Made by a program: the position numbers and the translations under genes. A stretch of DNA of 31,849 bases from NCBI GenBank assembly GCA_031282605.1, contig JAITDK010000267.1, positions 1 through 31,849 on the forward strand, written 5' to 3'. Of the stretch, positions 1 through 8,033 are shown in pieces; position 1 is the stretch's first letter, and each line of letters starts with the position of its first letter. The DNA is from Oscillospiraceae bacterium (GTDB lineage Bacteria > Bacillota > Clostridia > Christensenellales > Aristaeellaceae). The notes below the pieces were generated by a model that had not been told where the DNA came from, did no database searches, and saw nothing but the letters and a program-made list of their open reading frames with translations.

Positions 1-464
1 GGGAAGCGTTCCGCCGCGTACTTGCAAAGCATCGCGTCTATGGTCAGCCGGATGTTGTCGCCGCGCCTCGGTTCGTCGCTGAACAGCTGTCCCAGCCGTT
101 CCGCCCAGCCGGCGCGATAGCCCAGCAGGTACGCGGCCATGAATGATTCAACCCCGTTGGCGACCTGTCCCTCCGTGTCGCCCAGTAGCTGAGACACCGC
201 CCGTCGTACAGACGGATTCTCGGCGTACACGCGTTCGTAATCGCCTTGAGCGTTTTCGACACTCTTGGCCAGCGCCATGCCGTTCTTGTCGTATACGGTA
301 CCCGGGATCACGCCGTCGGTGTGGATTATGTTGGGGTTGGCCGGATCCGCAAACCAACGGTCTGAATACACCGTCACGTTGTATGCGAAGAACCCGCCCA
401 GGCAGAGGAACATCGCCGCGAATATGCCTGTGATGAGTCCCGCTGTACGGCGAATACGCTTCAT
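1..464 (-). CDS. Class B penicillin-binding protein (PbpA-like), N-terminal part; runs off the window start
   Basis: Not in the ORF track because it is truncated. Manual translation from ATG 464: MKRIRRTAGLITGIFAAMFLCLGGFFAYNVTVYSDRWFADPANP...IPGTVYDKNGMALAKS...ERVY...LLGD...GVESF...GDNIRLTIDAML. This has an N-terminal TM, the G-x-I/V-x-D-x-N-G motif and the G-x-N/D-x-x-L-T-I-D motif of class B PBPs. It lies 4 nt downstream of the ftsW/rodA stop. Confidence 0.8.
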   Translation of the reverse strand, partial: MKRIRRTAGLITGIFAAMFLCLGGFFAYNVTVYSDRWFADPANPNIIHTDGVIPGTVYDKNGMALAKSVENAQGDYERVYAENPSVRRAVSQLLGDTEGQVANGVESFMAAYLLGYRAGWAERLGQLFSDEPRRGDNIRLTIDAMLCKYAAERF

Positions 465-468
465 GCCT

Positions 469-1836
469 CTACCCCCCGACTTCGCGCGTCGTCCAGATGA
501 AGGTCGAACGCATCGCAGAATACTGTCCTAAAATGGCGCGCGCGTCCCGCTCGTCCTGATCGGCGCACGCGTAAACCCCGTTGAGCACGCCCATCAGCGC
601 CATGCACGAGAGCATCGACGATCCGCCTTGGCTGATAAAGGGCATCGTAACGCCGGTCAGCGGGAACATATTGACGACGCCGCCGACGATTACGAACGTC
701 TGAAAACCAATCAGCGCGGTAACGCCGATGGCCAGCAGCGCGTGAAATCTGCGGCGCGCGCGCTGGGCGATCCGCATCCCTCTAAACAGTATTACCACAT
801 ACACGGCCAGCACGGCCAGAGCGAACACAGCACCGAACTGAGAGCAGACGACCGAGAACACAAAATCGTTGGAGTATTCAGGCACCCAACGGAACGTATC
901 GCGAATACCGTAACCCAGGCCGTGCACCCCTCCGGCGGCCAGCGCCATCAGCGACTCCGCGATTTGATAACCTTTTAGGCCTACGCCGCCCTTGTCGTCC
1001 ATAACGCGCATGAACGGATTCAGCCACTGCTCAACGCGCGTACGGAACTTGCCGGTGTTCTGGTATACCAGCCACGCGGAGCCAGCGCCTCCGGCCACGC
1101 CCGTGAACAATAGCGTGAAACTGCCAGTCGCCGCGAAGAACATCAGCAGCGCCGTCATCGCGTACAGCACGCATGTGCCCAGATCGTCCTCCGCGATCAG
1201 CAGCCCGACGCACATCGCCGCTACACCCATCGCCCACACCGAGTCCGGCCGCCAGCTATGCCCGGACAGCATGTCGGCCAGCAAGACTATAAGCAGTATC
1301 TTCACGCCCTCGCTGGGTTGGATAGACAGCGTTATCATGGATCTCCCCGTAACCGCGTCCGTTACGCGCTGTATTGGGATATGCGCGTGCGCGCCATTCA
1401 CGGTATTGAACAGCGGCGCGATCAGAAGCACGGCGGCGAGTACGGCGAGATGCGGCCACCACCGGCGAAGCGTCTTGACGCGCCTTACCGCCAGACTAGC
1501 GACAACCATTAGGATTGAGCCGATGGCATACCACAGCGCATGATACAATCCGCCGCTGCGGCTGATGCTGTACTGAACGAGCACCCCCAGCGCGCATAGG
1601 AAATTCATCATCGTCATAAGCAGTGGGTCCGCGCCAAACCATTTGGGGAACAGGTACGCGCCCATAAATATCATAATGAGTAAACCAATGGTGATCAACA
1701 ACGCGGTGAAGTCGGCGGTATACACAGCGGACGCGCCGGAAACAGGCGCGCCATGGAGCATCGCGAGCATCCCGAGCGCGAATGTGAACAACATTACCAG
1801 CATAACGAGGCGTTGACGAAGATCCCAGCGCGCCAT
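469..1836 (-). CDS. FtsW/RodA/SpoVE family SEDS peptidoglycan glycosyltransferase
   Basis: Multi-TM protein with SIQPSEGVK, DLGT, R...WLNPF, GYQIAES...GG..G.G, PEYSNDFVFS, P.TGVTMPFISQGGSS. Start moved to ATG 1836, which has the RBS GAAAGGAG. Confidence 0.93.
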   Translation of the reverse strand: MARWDLRQRLVMLVMLFTFALGMLAMLHGAPVSGASAVYTADFTALLITIGLLIMIFMGAYLFPKWFGADPLLMTMMNFLCALGVLVQYSISRSGGLYHALWYAIGSILMVVASLAVRRVKTLRRWWPHLAVLAAVLLIAPLFNTVNGAHAHIPIQRVTDAVTGRSMITLSIQPSEGVKILLIVLLADMLSGHSWRPDSVWAMGVAAMCVGLLIAEDDLGTCVLYAMTALLMFFAATGSFTLLFTGVAGGAGSAWLVYQNTGKFRTRVEQWLNPFMRVMDDKGGVGLKGYQIAESLMALAAGGVHGLGYGIRDTFRWVPEYSNDFVFSVVCSQFGAVFALAVLAVYVVILFRGMRIAQRARRRFHALLAIGVTALIGFQTFVIVGGVVNMFPLTGVTMPFISQGGSSMLSCMALMGVLNGVYACADQDERDARAILGQYSAMRSTFIWTTREVGG

Positions 1837-1861
1837 GGGTCGCTCCTTTCGTAAACGGAGT

Positions 1862-2563
1862 CTATTCCGCATCCGTCGCGGCGGATTCCGTCAGTTCATC
1901 AGAATCGTCCGTATCAACTGGATAGTCGGTTTCGTCGGTTTCGTCGGTTCCGTCGGTTCCGTCAGAGTCGTCAGCCTCCGTCGGTTCGTCGGACTCGACC
2001 GCGCCCAGCGGCAAACCCCGGCGCAGTCGGGACGACCAGCGCGCGGGAGGCTCTTCTTCGACTGTCGAGCCGTCGCTGAGAGGCGGCGTGATCCGCGCGG
2101 CGGCCAGATCCCGCGCCCCGTCGAGCAGATTCAGCTGAAACGACAGCGAGCCCCATTCGACGCGGCTGTCCTCGTCCAGCAGCACGGGTACGCGGTACGC
2201 CATGCCGTTGACGGATACGCTGCCGCCGACGACGGGCGATAATAACATGCCTGCCTGTGTCAGCGTAAACCTCCCCGCCTTGCCGGGTATTTCGGCGGAG
2301 GGTATATATACGTCGCACGCGCGCGCGCTGCCCACCGTGCCTTCGACCGGGACGGGGAACCGCTGTTTCGGCGACACGCGTTTGCTTGTCCCGCCCGTCA
2401 GTTTCAGATAGCCCACCGCCTCCGCGCCAGGTTCGGCAGCGGCCTTGCGCGCCCTGCGATCCGCGCGCGCCCAGGCCGCGCCGCACAATACTATCGCTAC
2501 GCCTAGCGCCATGAACAGGTAGCTGAGCGATAATGACAGCGCGTCATAGACCGATTTGGTCAT
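1862..2563 (-). CDS. Membrane-anchored FHA-domain protein (FhaB-like) with degenerate phosphothreonine-binding motifs and an acidic tail
   Basis: N-terminal TM; FHA-like core GTVGSARACDVYIPSAEIP...VSVNG...LDEDSRVEWGSLSFQL; position upstream of rodA-pbp is typical; RBS GGAGG. Confidence 0.7.
   Translation of the reverse strand: MTKSVYDALSLSLSYLFMALGVAIVLCGAAWARADRRARKAAAEPGAEAVGYLKLTGGTSKRVSPKQRFPVPVEGTVGSARACDVYIPSAEIPGKAGRFTLTQAGMLLSPVVGGSVSVNGMAYRVPVLLDEDSRVEWGSLSFQLNLLDGARDLAAARITPPLSDGSTVEEEPPARWSSRLRRGLPLGAVESDEPTEADDSDGTDGTDETDETDYPVDTDDSDELTESAATDAE
1925..1978. repeat. Imperfect 9-bp tandem repeat encoding D-[G/E]-T in the FHA protein tail
   Basis: gtcggtttc x2, gtcggttcc x2, then gtcagagtc and gtcagcctc; protein reads DDSDGTDGTDETDETD. 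Confidence 0.8.
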
Positions 2564-2619
2564 TCGCCGCCTCCAAGTGTTACTGTAACCGCGCCGCGTG
2601 AACGACGTGTCTGTGCATA

Positions 2620-3648
2620 CTATAACAAACCGGCCACATCGGCGGCGCGCGCGCCCAGTTCAGCGCGCAGAGCGTCCCGATCCGGCACGTACGCCTTGAT
2701 TACATCCAGCTTGCCGACAATGTCAAACGCAGGAGCGTCCGCCGGAACAAACACGCTCTGGCCTGGTCTTACCGGCAGATTGAACCCGCCGCCCGCCAGC
2801 CGCCCTGCGCCCAACGCCGTCAGCATCGCAAACGAACCCTCATCCCCTACCTGGGGCATCACGCCGCGCACCGCCAGCCGCTCCAGCGCGAAGCATTCGT
2901 CCGCAACGTAGATTGTCCGAGCGTTTACGCCGTCCAGCAGCGTCACGCCGGACAGCGACTCTCCCATGGCGTCCGGCTTGATCACGTTAAGAGCGTCGTC
3001 GATGTGCAGTTCGCGCAGATTCCCTTTCGCGTCGCGGCGCATACCGTCCCATAGCCGGTACGTAACGTCGCTGGACTGCTGTATCTCATATAGCACGATA
3101 CCCGCGCCAATGGCGTGCACAGTCCCCGCCGGGATGTAGAACACCTCGCCAGGCTGGACGAATACGCTGTTGAAGCACGCCTCGACACGATCGGCCACGT
3201 CCGGCTCGAACATGCGCGATAGCTCGCGTCGCAGCGTCTCAACCCCGACGCCGGGAAGCAGCCCATATACCAGCTTCGCGCCCGGCTCGGCCTTGAGTAT
3301 CAGCCACGCCTCGGTTTTGCCCAACTTACCTTCGTTCGCCGCCGCATAGGCGTTGTCCGGATGAACCTGCACGCTTAAGCGGTCGCGAGCGTCTATCAGT
3401 TTCAACAACAGCGGAAACGTACCCGCGGCGCGCGTTCCAGTCAGCGACGCGCCGAAACGCTCGATCAATTCGGTCAGGGGCGCACCGCTGATATCGCGGC
3501 TTTCCAGACCGGGCAGCGCGGAGATCTCCAGGCTTTCGCCCGTGCGCTCGTCCGGAGTATCCTTGCCGAACATAGAGCGCAAAGCGCCGCCCCCCCACGG
3601 GGTTTGCGCGCCGTGCCTGTACGCGGGATTCATTATGAACGGTATCAC
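2620..3648 (-). CDS. manA: Mannose-6-phosphate isomerase, class I
   Basis: PWGG, GESLEIS, FPLLLKLIDARDRLSVQVHP, GKTEAW, IPAGTVHA and EIQQSSDVTYRLWD motifs; GTG start with GGAGG. Confidence 0.93.
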   Translation of the reverse strand: MIPFIMNPAYRHGAQTPWGGGALRSMFGKDTPDERTGESLEISALPGLESRDISGAPLTELIERFGASLTGTRAAGTFPLLLKLIDARDRLSVQVHPDNAYAAANEGKLGKTEAWLILKAEPGAKLVYGLLPGVGVETLRRELSRMFEPDVADRVEACFNSVFVQPGEVFYIPAGTVHAIGAGIVLYEIQQSSDVTYRLWDGMRRDAKGNLRELHIDDALNVIKPDAMGESLSGVTLLDGVNARTIYVADECFALERLAVRGVMPQVGDEGSFAMLTALGAGRLAGGGFNLPVRPGQSVFVPADAPAFDIVGKLDVIKAYVPDRDALRAELGARAADVAGLL

Positions 3649-3680
3649 TAAGGCCTCCAGTTTCCTTTAACCAACTTTAT

Positions 3681-4397
3681 TTAGTTCGCATCATCCGCGA
3701 CGCGCCAGCGTTCCTCGTTGCAGGTTAGATTTACCCGGTATGTGCCAAGCGACTCGCCGTTCTCCAACGATATGAACTCTATCGCCAGCTGCGCCACAGC
3801 ATCCGGAGCCGCGTCGTCGTACCAATACAGCGTTTGATCCGAACCGATCCACTCCGAGCCGACGGACTTGGCAGCCTCGCTTATTCGGTCCCATACCTTC
3901 AGCACGCCGCCCGCCGCGGTCCAGCGGTATATGCACGCTATAGGTTCGCCGGTTTCCGTTTCCAGCGCAACCTCGAGCGGAAGCCCGGGCAGGTTGTTCG
4001 CGCCGGGCGTGAACGCGCGCAGCGTATCCAGGTGCATCACTCCAGCGCCTATTGACGCCGTCAGTCGCAGCGCGAGCGAATCGGAATCGGTGTTCATCAA
4101 CAGGTCCGGGTTGTACATGATCGCGATCGTGCCGTATCCGCCGTTCTGGATGAAATCGGCCAGATGAAACGCAATCCAGTTTTCCTTATCATCCTGGGCC
4201 AACAGCCCGTTTTCAATCAGTGTATCAGACATGGATTCGAGAAACAACTCGTAATCCGGGCGCAGTTCCTTCAGCGCCTCAGGGGACAAGAACGCCGAGC
4301 TGCGCGCCGAAGCGGCGGTCGCGCCCAACAGCAGACACAGCGCGCACGTCGAACATACAGCCAGCAGCGAAGCGATAAAACGTTTCAACAGCAACAT
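3681..4397 (-). CDS. Hypothetical secreted protein
   Basis: 238-aa ORF with RBS AGGAG and an N-terminal signal peptide (MLLLKRFIASLLAVCSTCALCLLLGATAASA); no family recognised. Confidence 0.72.
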   Translation of the reverse strand: MLLLKRFIASLLAVCSTCALCLLLGATAASARSSAFLSPEALKELRPDYELFLESMSDTLIENGLLAQDDKENWIAFHLADFIQNGGYGTIAIMYNPDLLMNTDSDSLALRLTASIGAGVMHLDTLRAFTPGANNLPGLPLEVALETETGEPIACIYRWTAAGGVLKVWDRISEAAKSVGSEWIGSDQTLYWYDDAAPDAVAQLAIEFISLENGESLGTYRVNLTCNEERWRVADDAN

Positions 4398-4575
4398 ACC
4401 GATCTCCTAACATAAAGGGAAGCCTATCTCTAGAACGAACAGGCAATACAACTTCTTCCCAGTCATATATTTTACATGATTCCGTAACATTCTTATTGTG
4501 GAGCGTCGTCGAATGCCAAACGCCCGTTTTTTTTGTCAAAATGGAGCAAGCTTACCGCGCGAATCAGGGATGGTG

Positions 4576-4603
4576 TTGACAAGTGGCGATGATAGTATAG
4601 AAT
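4576..4603 (+). promoter_or_regulatory. Sigma-A-like promoter with no assigned transcript
   Basis: TTGACA (4576-4581), 16-nt spacer, TAGAAT (4598-4603). Confidence 0.4.
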
Positions 4604-4817
4604 TCCGGCTTTTGCCCCTTCCAGCCGATTGATTGGGAATCCGCTTCATTATGCCATAAACAGCCGGAATAATCTATATAATAATACATCGAAACCGGAA
4701 AATAATCGCGTTCGCCTTATAAGCCTTCTCTTTCCCTTTCTCATTGAGACCTGCGGTTGAAAAGAAGCGAGGCGGCGCATATATATTCTAACAAAAACTC
4801 TCCGATCGCGCAATCAG

Positions 4818-4846
4818 TGGTCAAGCGCCGCCGAGTATTGTATAAT
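4818..4846 (+). promoter_or_regulatory. Probable promoter of the lipid kinase gene
   Basis: TGGTCA, 17-nt spacer, TATAAT (4841-4846), 40 nt upstream of the start codon. Confidence 0.5.
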
Positions 4847-4886
4847 ATAGAAAGCGGATTGCATGACAATACAAGGAGGCATATCA

Positions 4887-5765
4887 GTGGATCTGTTTCT
4901 TTACAACCCTGTCGCAGGGAGCGGCCTCGCGGCGCGGATCGCGCCAAAGGCGGAGGAGCTGCTCAAACGGCGCGGCGTCAAGATACGGACGGTCGCCAGC
5001 GAGCGTCCAGGCCACGCGGAGGAGATATCGCGCGGTGCGGCTGACGCGGGTGTGGAAACGATATATGTACTGGGCGGCGACGGCACTGTGAAAGAGGCCG
5101 CTCGCGGGGTGTTCCGCAGCCAAACGGCGCTGGCCCTGCTGCCGGCTGGCACGGGCAACGACTTCGTCAAGAGTTTGGGCATACCGCCGCGCTGGGAGAA
5201 CGCGCTGGACTATGCGCTGGAACACGATCCGATAGAGGTCGACGCGGGGCTGGTCAATGATCGGCTGTTCGTTAACGAGTGCGGCGCGGGTTTTGACACG
5301 GCTACGCTGGAATACACGCTGCTTTCAAAGAAATTCATGCGGGGTAAACCCGCGTATCTGTACGGCGTCATTCGCGCTATATTGGATAACAAGCCCGTTG
5401 AACTCACGATCGTCCGCGGGAACGGCGAAACCGAGACGCGCAGCCTCACGCTGTTCGGCGCCGCAAACGGCGGTGTAATCGGCGGAGGTATACCGGTGGC
5501 GCCGTCAGCCGACGTGCGCGACGGACTGCTGGACGTTGTGACTATACCCGCCATGACGCGGCGCCAAATGATCCCCGCTTTGACGCTGCTGCTGAAAGGG
5601 AGGGTGATGGACGTGCGGGGCGCTGAGATGTTCAGATGCAGGGAGATAACGATACATGGCAAGGGGCTGCGGTTGAACATAGATGGGGAGATCGTGTCGC
5701 AGGATACCGCGGCATTCAAGATTGTACCGAAAGCGCTGAGGATCCGCGCGCAGCCCGCGCAATAA
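4887..5765 (+). CDS. Diacylglycerol kinase family lipid kinase (YegS/BmrU/DagK-like)
   Basis: NPVAG, GGDGT, LPAGTGNDF, GAGFD, NG..IGGG, DGLLDV and NIDGE motifs; start moved to GTG 4887 behind AAGGAGG. Confidence 0.93.
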   Translation: MDLFLYNPVAGSGLAARIAPKAEELLKRRGVKIRTVASERPGHAEEISRGAADAGVETIYVLGGDGTVKEAARGVFRSQTALALLPAGTGNDFVKSLGIPPRWENALDYALEHDPIEVDAGLVNDRLFVNECGAGFDTATLEYTLLSKKFMRGKPAYLYGVIRAILDNKPVELTIVRGNGETETRSLTLFGAANGGVIGGGIPVAPSADVRDGLLDVVTIPAMTRRQMIPALTLLLKGRVMDVRGAEMFRCREITIHGKGLRLNIDGEIVSQDTAAFKIVPKALRIRAQPAQ

Positions 5766-5767
5766 TA

Positions 5768-5798
5768 CAGGAAAGAATCCCTGCGGGATTCTTTCCTG
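5768..5798. terminator. Stem-loop between convergent genes, probable bidirectional terminator
   Basis: caggaaagaatccc-tgc-gggattctttcctg, a perfect 14-bp stem. Confidence 0.75.
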
Positions 5799-5805
5799 CC
5801 GCGTG

Positions 5806-6960
5806 TTATCCCCAATATTCCTTGGCGATTCTTATGCCCTGATCAATTTTCGCCCACTGCTCGTCCTCGGTCAACTCATTACCCCCGTCGCACGAGGCGA
5901 AACCGCATTGATGCGACAGCAACAGGCGTTCTTTGGGGATAATGCGGGAGGCTTCGTCAAGCAGGCGGATAACGCGTTCCTCGTCGTCGAGCGTGTTGGT
6001 CTTGCTTGACAGCAATCCTATAACAATCTCCGTATCCGGCCTGTCTTTGAACACCGCGAGGGCTTCCATTGAACCCGCGCGATCGTCGTCCCATTCCAGG
6101 AAGAAGCGATCATACTTCAGCTGCTTCAGGAATAGGTTCGCAATCTTGACGTACGAGCCGCCGCCCATGTTGCGGGAGTCGTAGTTGCCGCGGCAGTTAT
6201 GCGTCCATATCTTCAAACCGAGCGAGTGGCCGAAGTCGATGATCGTGTTGTTGATATCGATAAATTCCTCCGCGAGCGCGTTGACCGCGTCGTGGTCGAT
6301 GTTTTGCCCGGTGTACGGGGAGTTGGGGTTGTCGTCGGCGAATATCTCCCACAGGCAGTCGTCGAACTGCAGGATCTCGCCGCCCGCCTGCGCATACTCC
6401 TCGACAAATTCTTTGTACGCTTTGACGAGACCCGCCTTAAGGTCGGCGGTCGAGGAATACACTCCCCCGTTCTTTATATTATCCGACCATGACAGTTCGC
6501 CGAATATATGCGACGGCGACGGCACGCACAGCTTGGTCGGGCGGCCTTCGACGATGCCCTTTAACCGCTTGAAAACGCTGATGAAATGGTGCCCTCCGCC
6601 GGAAAGCGGCGCGGTGATGCGCAGCCCGATGTCGCGTCGGGTTTCATATTTCCGCGTCTCGTCTTTATCGCGGAAAAAATACCCGTGCTCCGCGATGTAT
6701 CTGGATATACCGCGCAGCCCCCAGACAAAGTCCAAATGCCACAATGACTTTGAAAACTCGCCGTCGGTGATAATGGTCAGCCCATGCTGGATCTGCTTTG
6801 CGACGACCGCTCTCGTCGCGTCGGCTTCGGCTTGTTCGTATCCTTCGAAGTCGTCGTAGAACGGATAGGTAATATCGTCGCGGTTTTCAATCCGCCGCTT
6901 GAACGACAGCAGCGATTCCGGACGCAGCAGGCTGCCGACTGTCTGAAACTTCCCGCTCAT
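5806..6960 (-). CDS. Cobalamin-independent methionine synthase II family protein (YxjG/YxjH-type, single-barrel MetE-like)
   Basis: VGSLLRP, ITDGEF, LQFDD, zinc ligands THNCRGN, FLEWDDDRAG and SHQCGFAS; start at ATG 6960 behind AGGAGG. Confidence 0.92.
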   Translation of the reverse strand: MSGKFQTVGSLLRPESLLSFKRRIENRDDITYPFYDDFEGYEQAEADATRAVVAKQIQHGLTIITDGEFSKSLWHLDFVWGLRGISRYIAEHGYFFRDKDETRKYETRRDIGLRITAPLSGGGHHFISVFKRLKGIVEGRPTKLCVPSPSHIFGELSWSDNIKNGGVYSSTADLKAGLVKAYKEFVEEYAQAGGEILQFDDCLWEIFADDNPNSPYTGQNIDHDAVNALAEEFIDINNTIIDFGHSLGLKIWTHNCRGNYDSRNMGGGSYVKIANLFLKQLKYDRFFLEWDDDRAGSMEALAVFKDRPDTEIVIGLLSSKTNTLDDEERVIRLLDEASRIIPKERLLLSHQCGFASCDGGNELTEDEQWAKIDQGIRIAKEYWG

Positions 6961-7034
6961 AGCGTAAGTCCTCCTAATGTTTGATACCTTGCCTCGTTTG
7001 ATCCCCCGGCAACAAGAATCATAACAGAAAGAGG

Positions 7035-7085
7035 GATTATAGGGTAACACCGAAAACCTATGCGTGGTTATATTCAAAGACTATT
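7035..7085 (-). promoter_or_regulatory. Promoter of the MetE-like gene with candidate LysR (MET-box-like) sites
   Basis: Minus strand: TATAAT at 7035-7040 with no good -35; AATAGTCTTTGAATATA (7069-7085, T-N11-A core) and a second ATAG half-site 23 bp downstream at the -35 position. Confidence 0.45.
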
Positions 7086-7086
7086 A

Positions 7087-8010
7087 CTATGCCTCGTGAT
7101 ACACGCCGTAACGCTTTATCGCCTTATCCAGCTCGTCGATATACAGCTCCGCCTGGGCTGTCAGTCTGATCGAATCGTGGGCGATCCAGCCCACCTCAAT
7201 ATAGTCGTCGACTTGCAGCGGAACGGCCGCGATTCCATTCCCGTTGAGATCCGCGCTTATCACGCCCGACGAGATGGTGTATCCGTTCAATCCTATCATC
7301 AGGTTGAACATTGTCGCCCTGTCTGTCACCTTAATACTCTTTTTATGGGATTCGGCGCTTAATATCTCCTCTGAAAAATAGAAGGAATTGTTTTCTCCCT
7401 GTTCATATGACAGGCATGGGTAATCCTCCAAATCCTCAAGCGTAACATACTCATACCGCGCCAGCGGGCTGAATGCACCCGTGAAAATGTGGGGCTTCGC
7501 GATAAACAGGGTGTGAAACGCAAGCCTGTTATCCCGAAGCAGTTTTTCCATCACCTTTCTGTTGAATGGATTCAGGTAGAGAACGCCTATCTCGCTGCGC
7601 AGCGTCTTAACGGATTCCACGATATCATGCGTCTCCGTTTCCCTAAGCGTTAACTCATATTCATCGATATTGGTCTTTTTAACCATATTGACAAACGCGT
7701 TTACCGCAAAAGCATAATGCTGGGCGGATACGGAAAAAACGCGCCTTGCGGGCTTTTTGCTGATATAGCGCTGTTCCAGCAGACTGAACTGTTCGTTTAC
7801 CTGGCGTGCGTATCCCAGAAACTCCACACCATCCTGAGTGAGCGCGACGCCCTTTGGCGTGCGGGTGAACAGCTCCACCTCAAGCTCGGCCTCTAAATCC
7901 TTAAGCGAGTTCGACAGACTCGGCTGGGAGATAAACAATCCTTCCGCAGCCTTATTAATCGAGCCTCGGTTTACGGTCTCGATGAAATACTTGATCTGTT
8001 GCAGCGTCAT
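7087..8010 (-). CDS. LysR-family transcriptional regulator, streptococcal MtaR/MetR/CysR-like subgroup
   Basis: HTH MTLQQIKYF...SINKAAEGLFISQPSLSNSLKDLE; effector-domain motifs FSVSAQHYAF, YFSEE and VTDRAT, which I associate with that subgroup. Confidence 0.93.
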   Translation of the reverse strand: MTLQQIKYFIETVNRGSINKAAEGLFISQPSLSNSLKDLEAELEVELFTRTPKGVALTQDGVEFLGYARQVNEQFSLLEQRYISKKPARRVFSVSAQHYAFAVNAFVNMVKKTNIDEYELTLRETETHDIVESVKTLRSEIGVLYLNPFNRKVMEKLLRDNRLAFHTLFIAKPHIFTGAFSPLARYEYVTLEDLEDYPCLSYEQGENNSFYFSEEILSAESHKKSIKVTDRATMFNLMIGLNGYTISSGVISADLNGNGIAAVPLQVDDYIEVGWIAHDSIRLTAQAELYIDELDKAIKRYGVYHEA

Positions 8011-8033
8011 CGCGCGTCCTCCTTATTATACTG

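Noticed and set aside
3681-4397. DMP19/DUF4375-like similarity from FIQNGGYG
   Set aside because: It is a single short motif in a secreted protein, which is not enough evidence.
6961-7077. S-box or T-box riboswitch, or a longer N-terminus for the MetE-like gene
   Set aside because: The leader from the predicted -10 is only ~70 nt with no conserved riboswitch motifs or terminator; AGGAGG supports ATG 6960.
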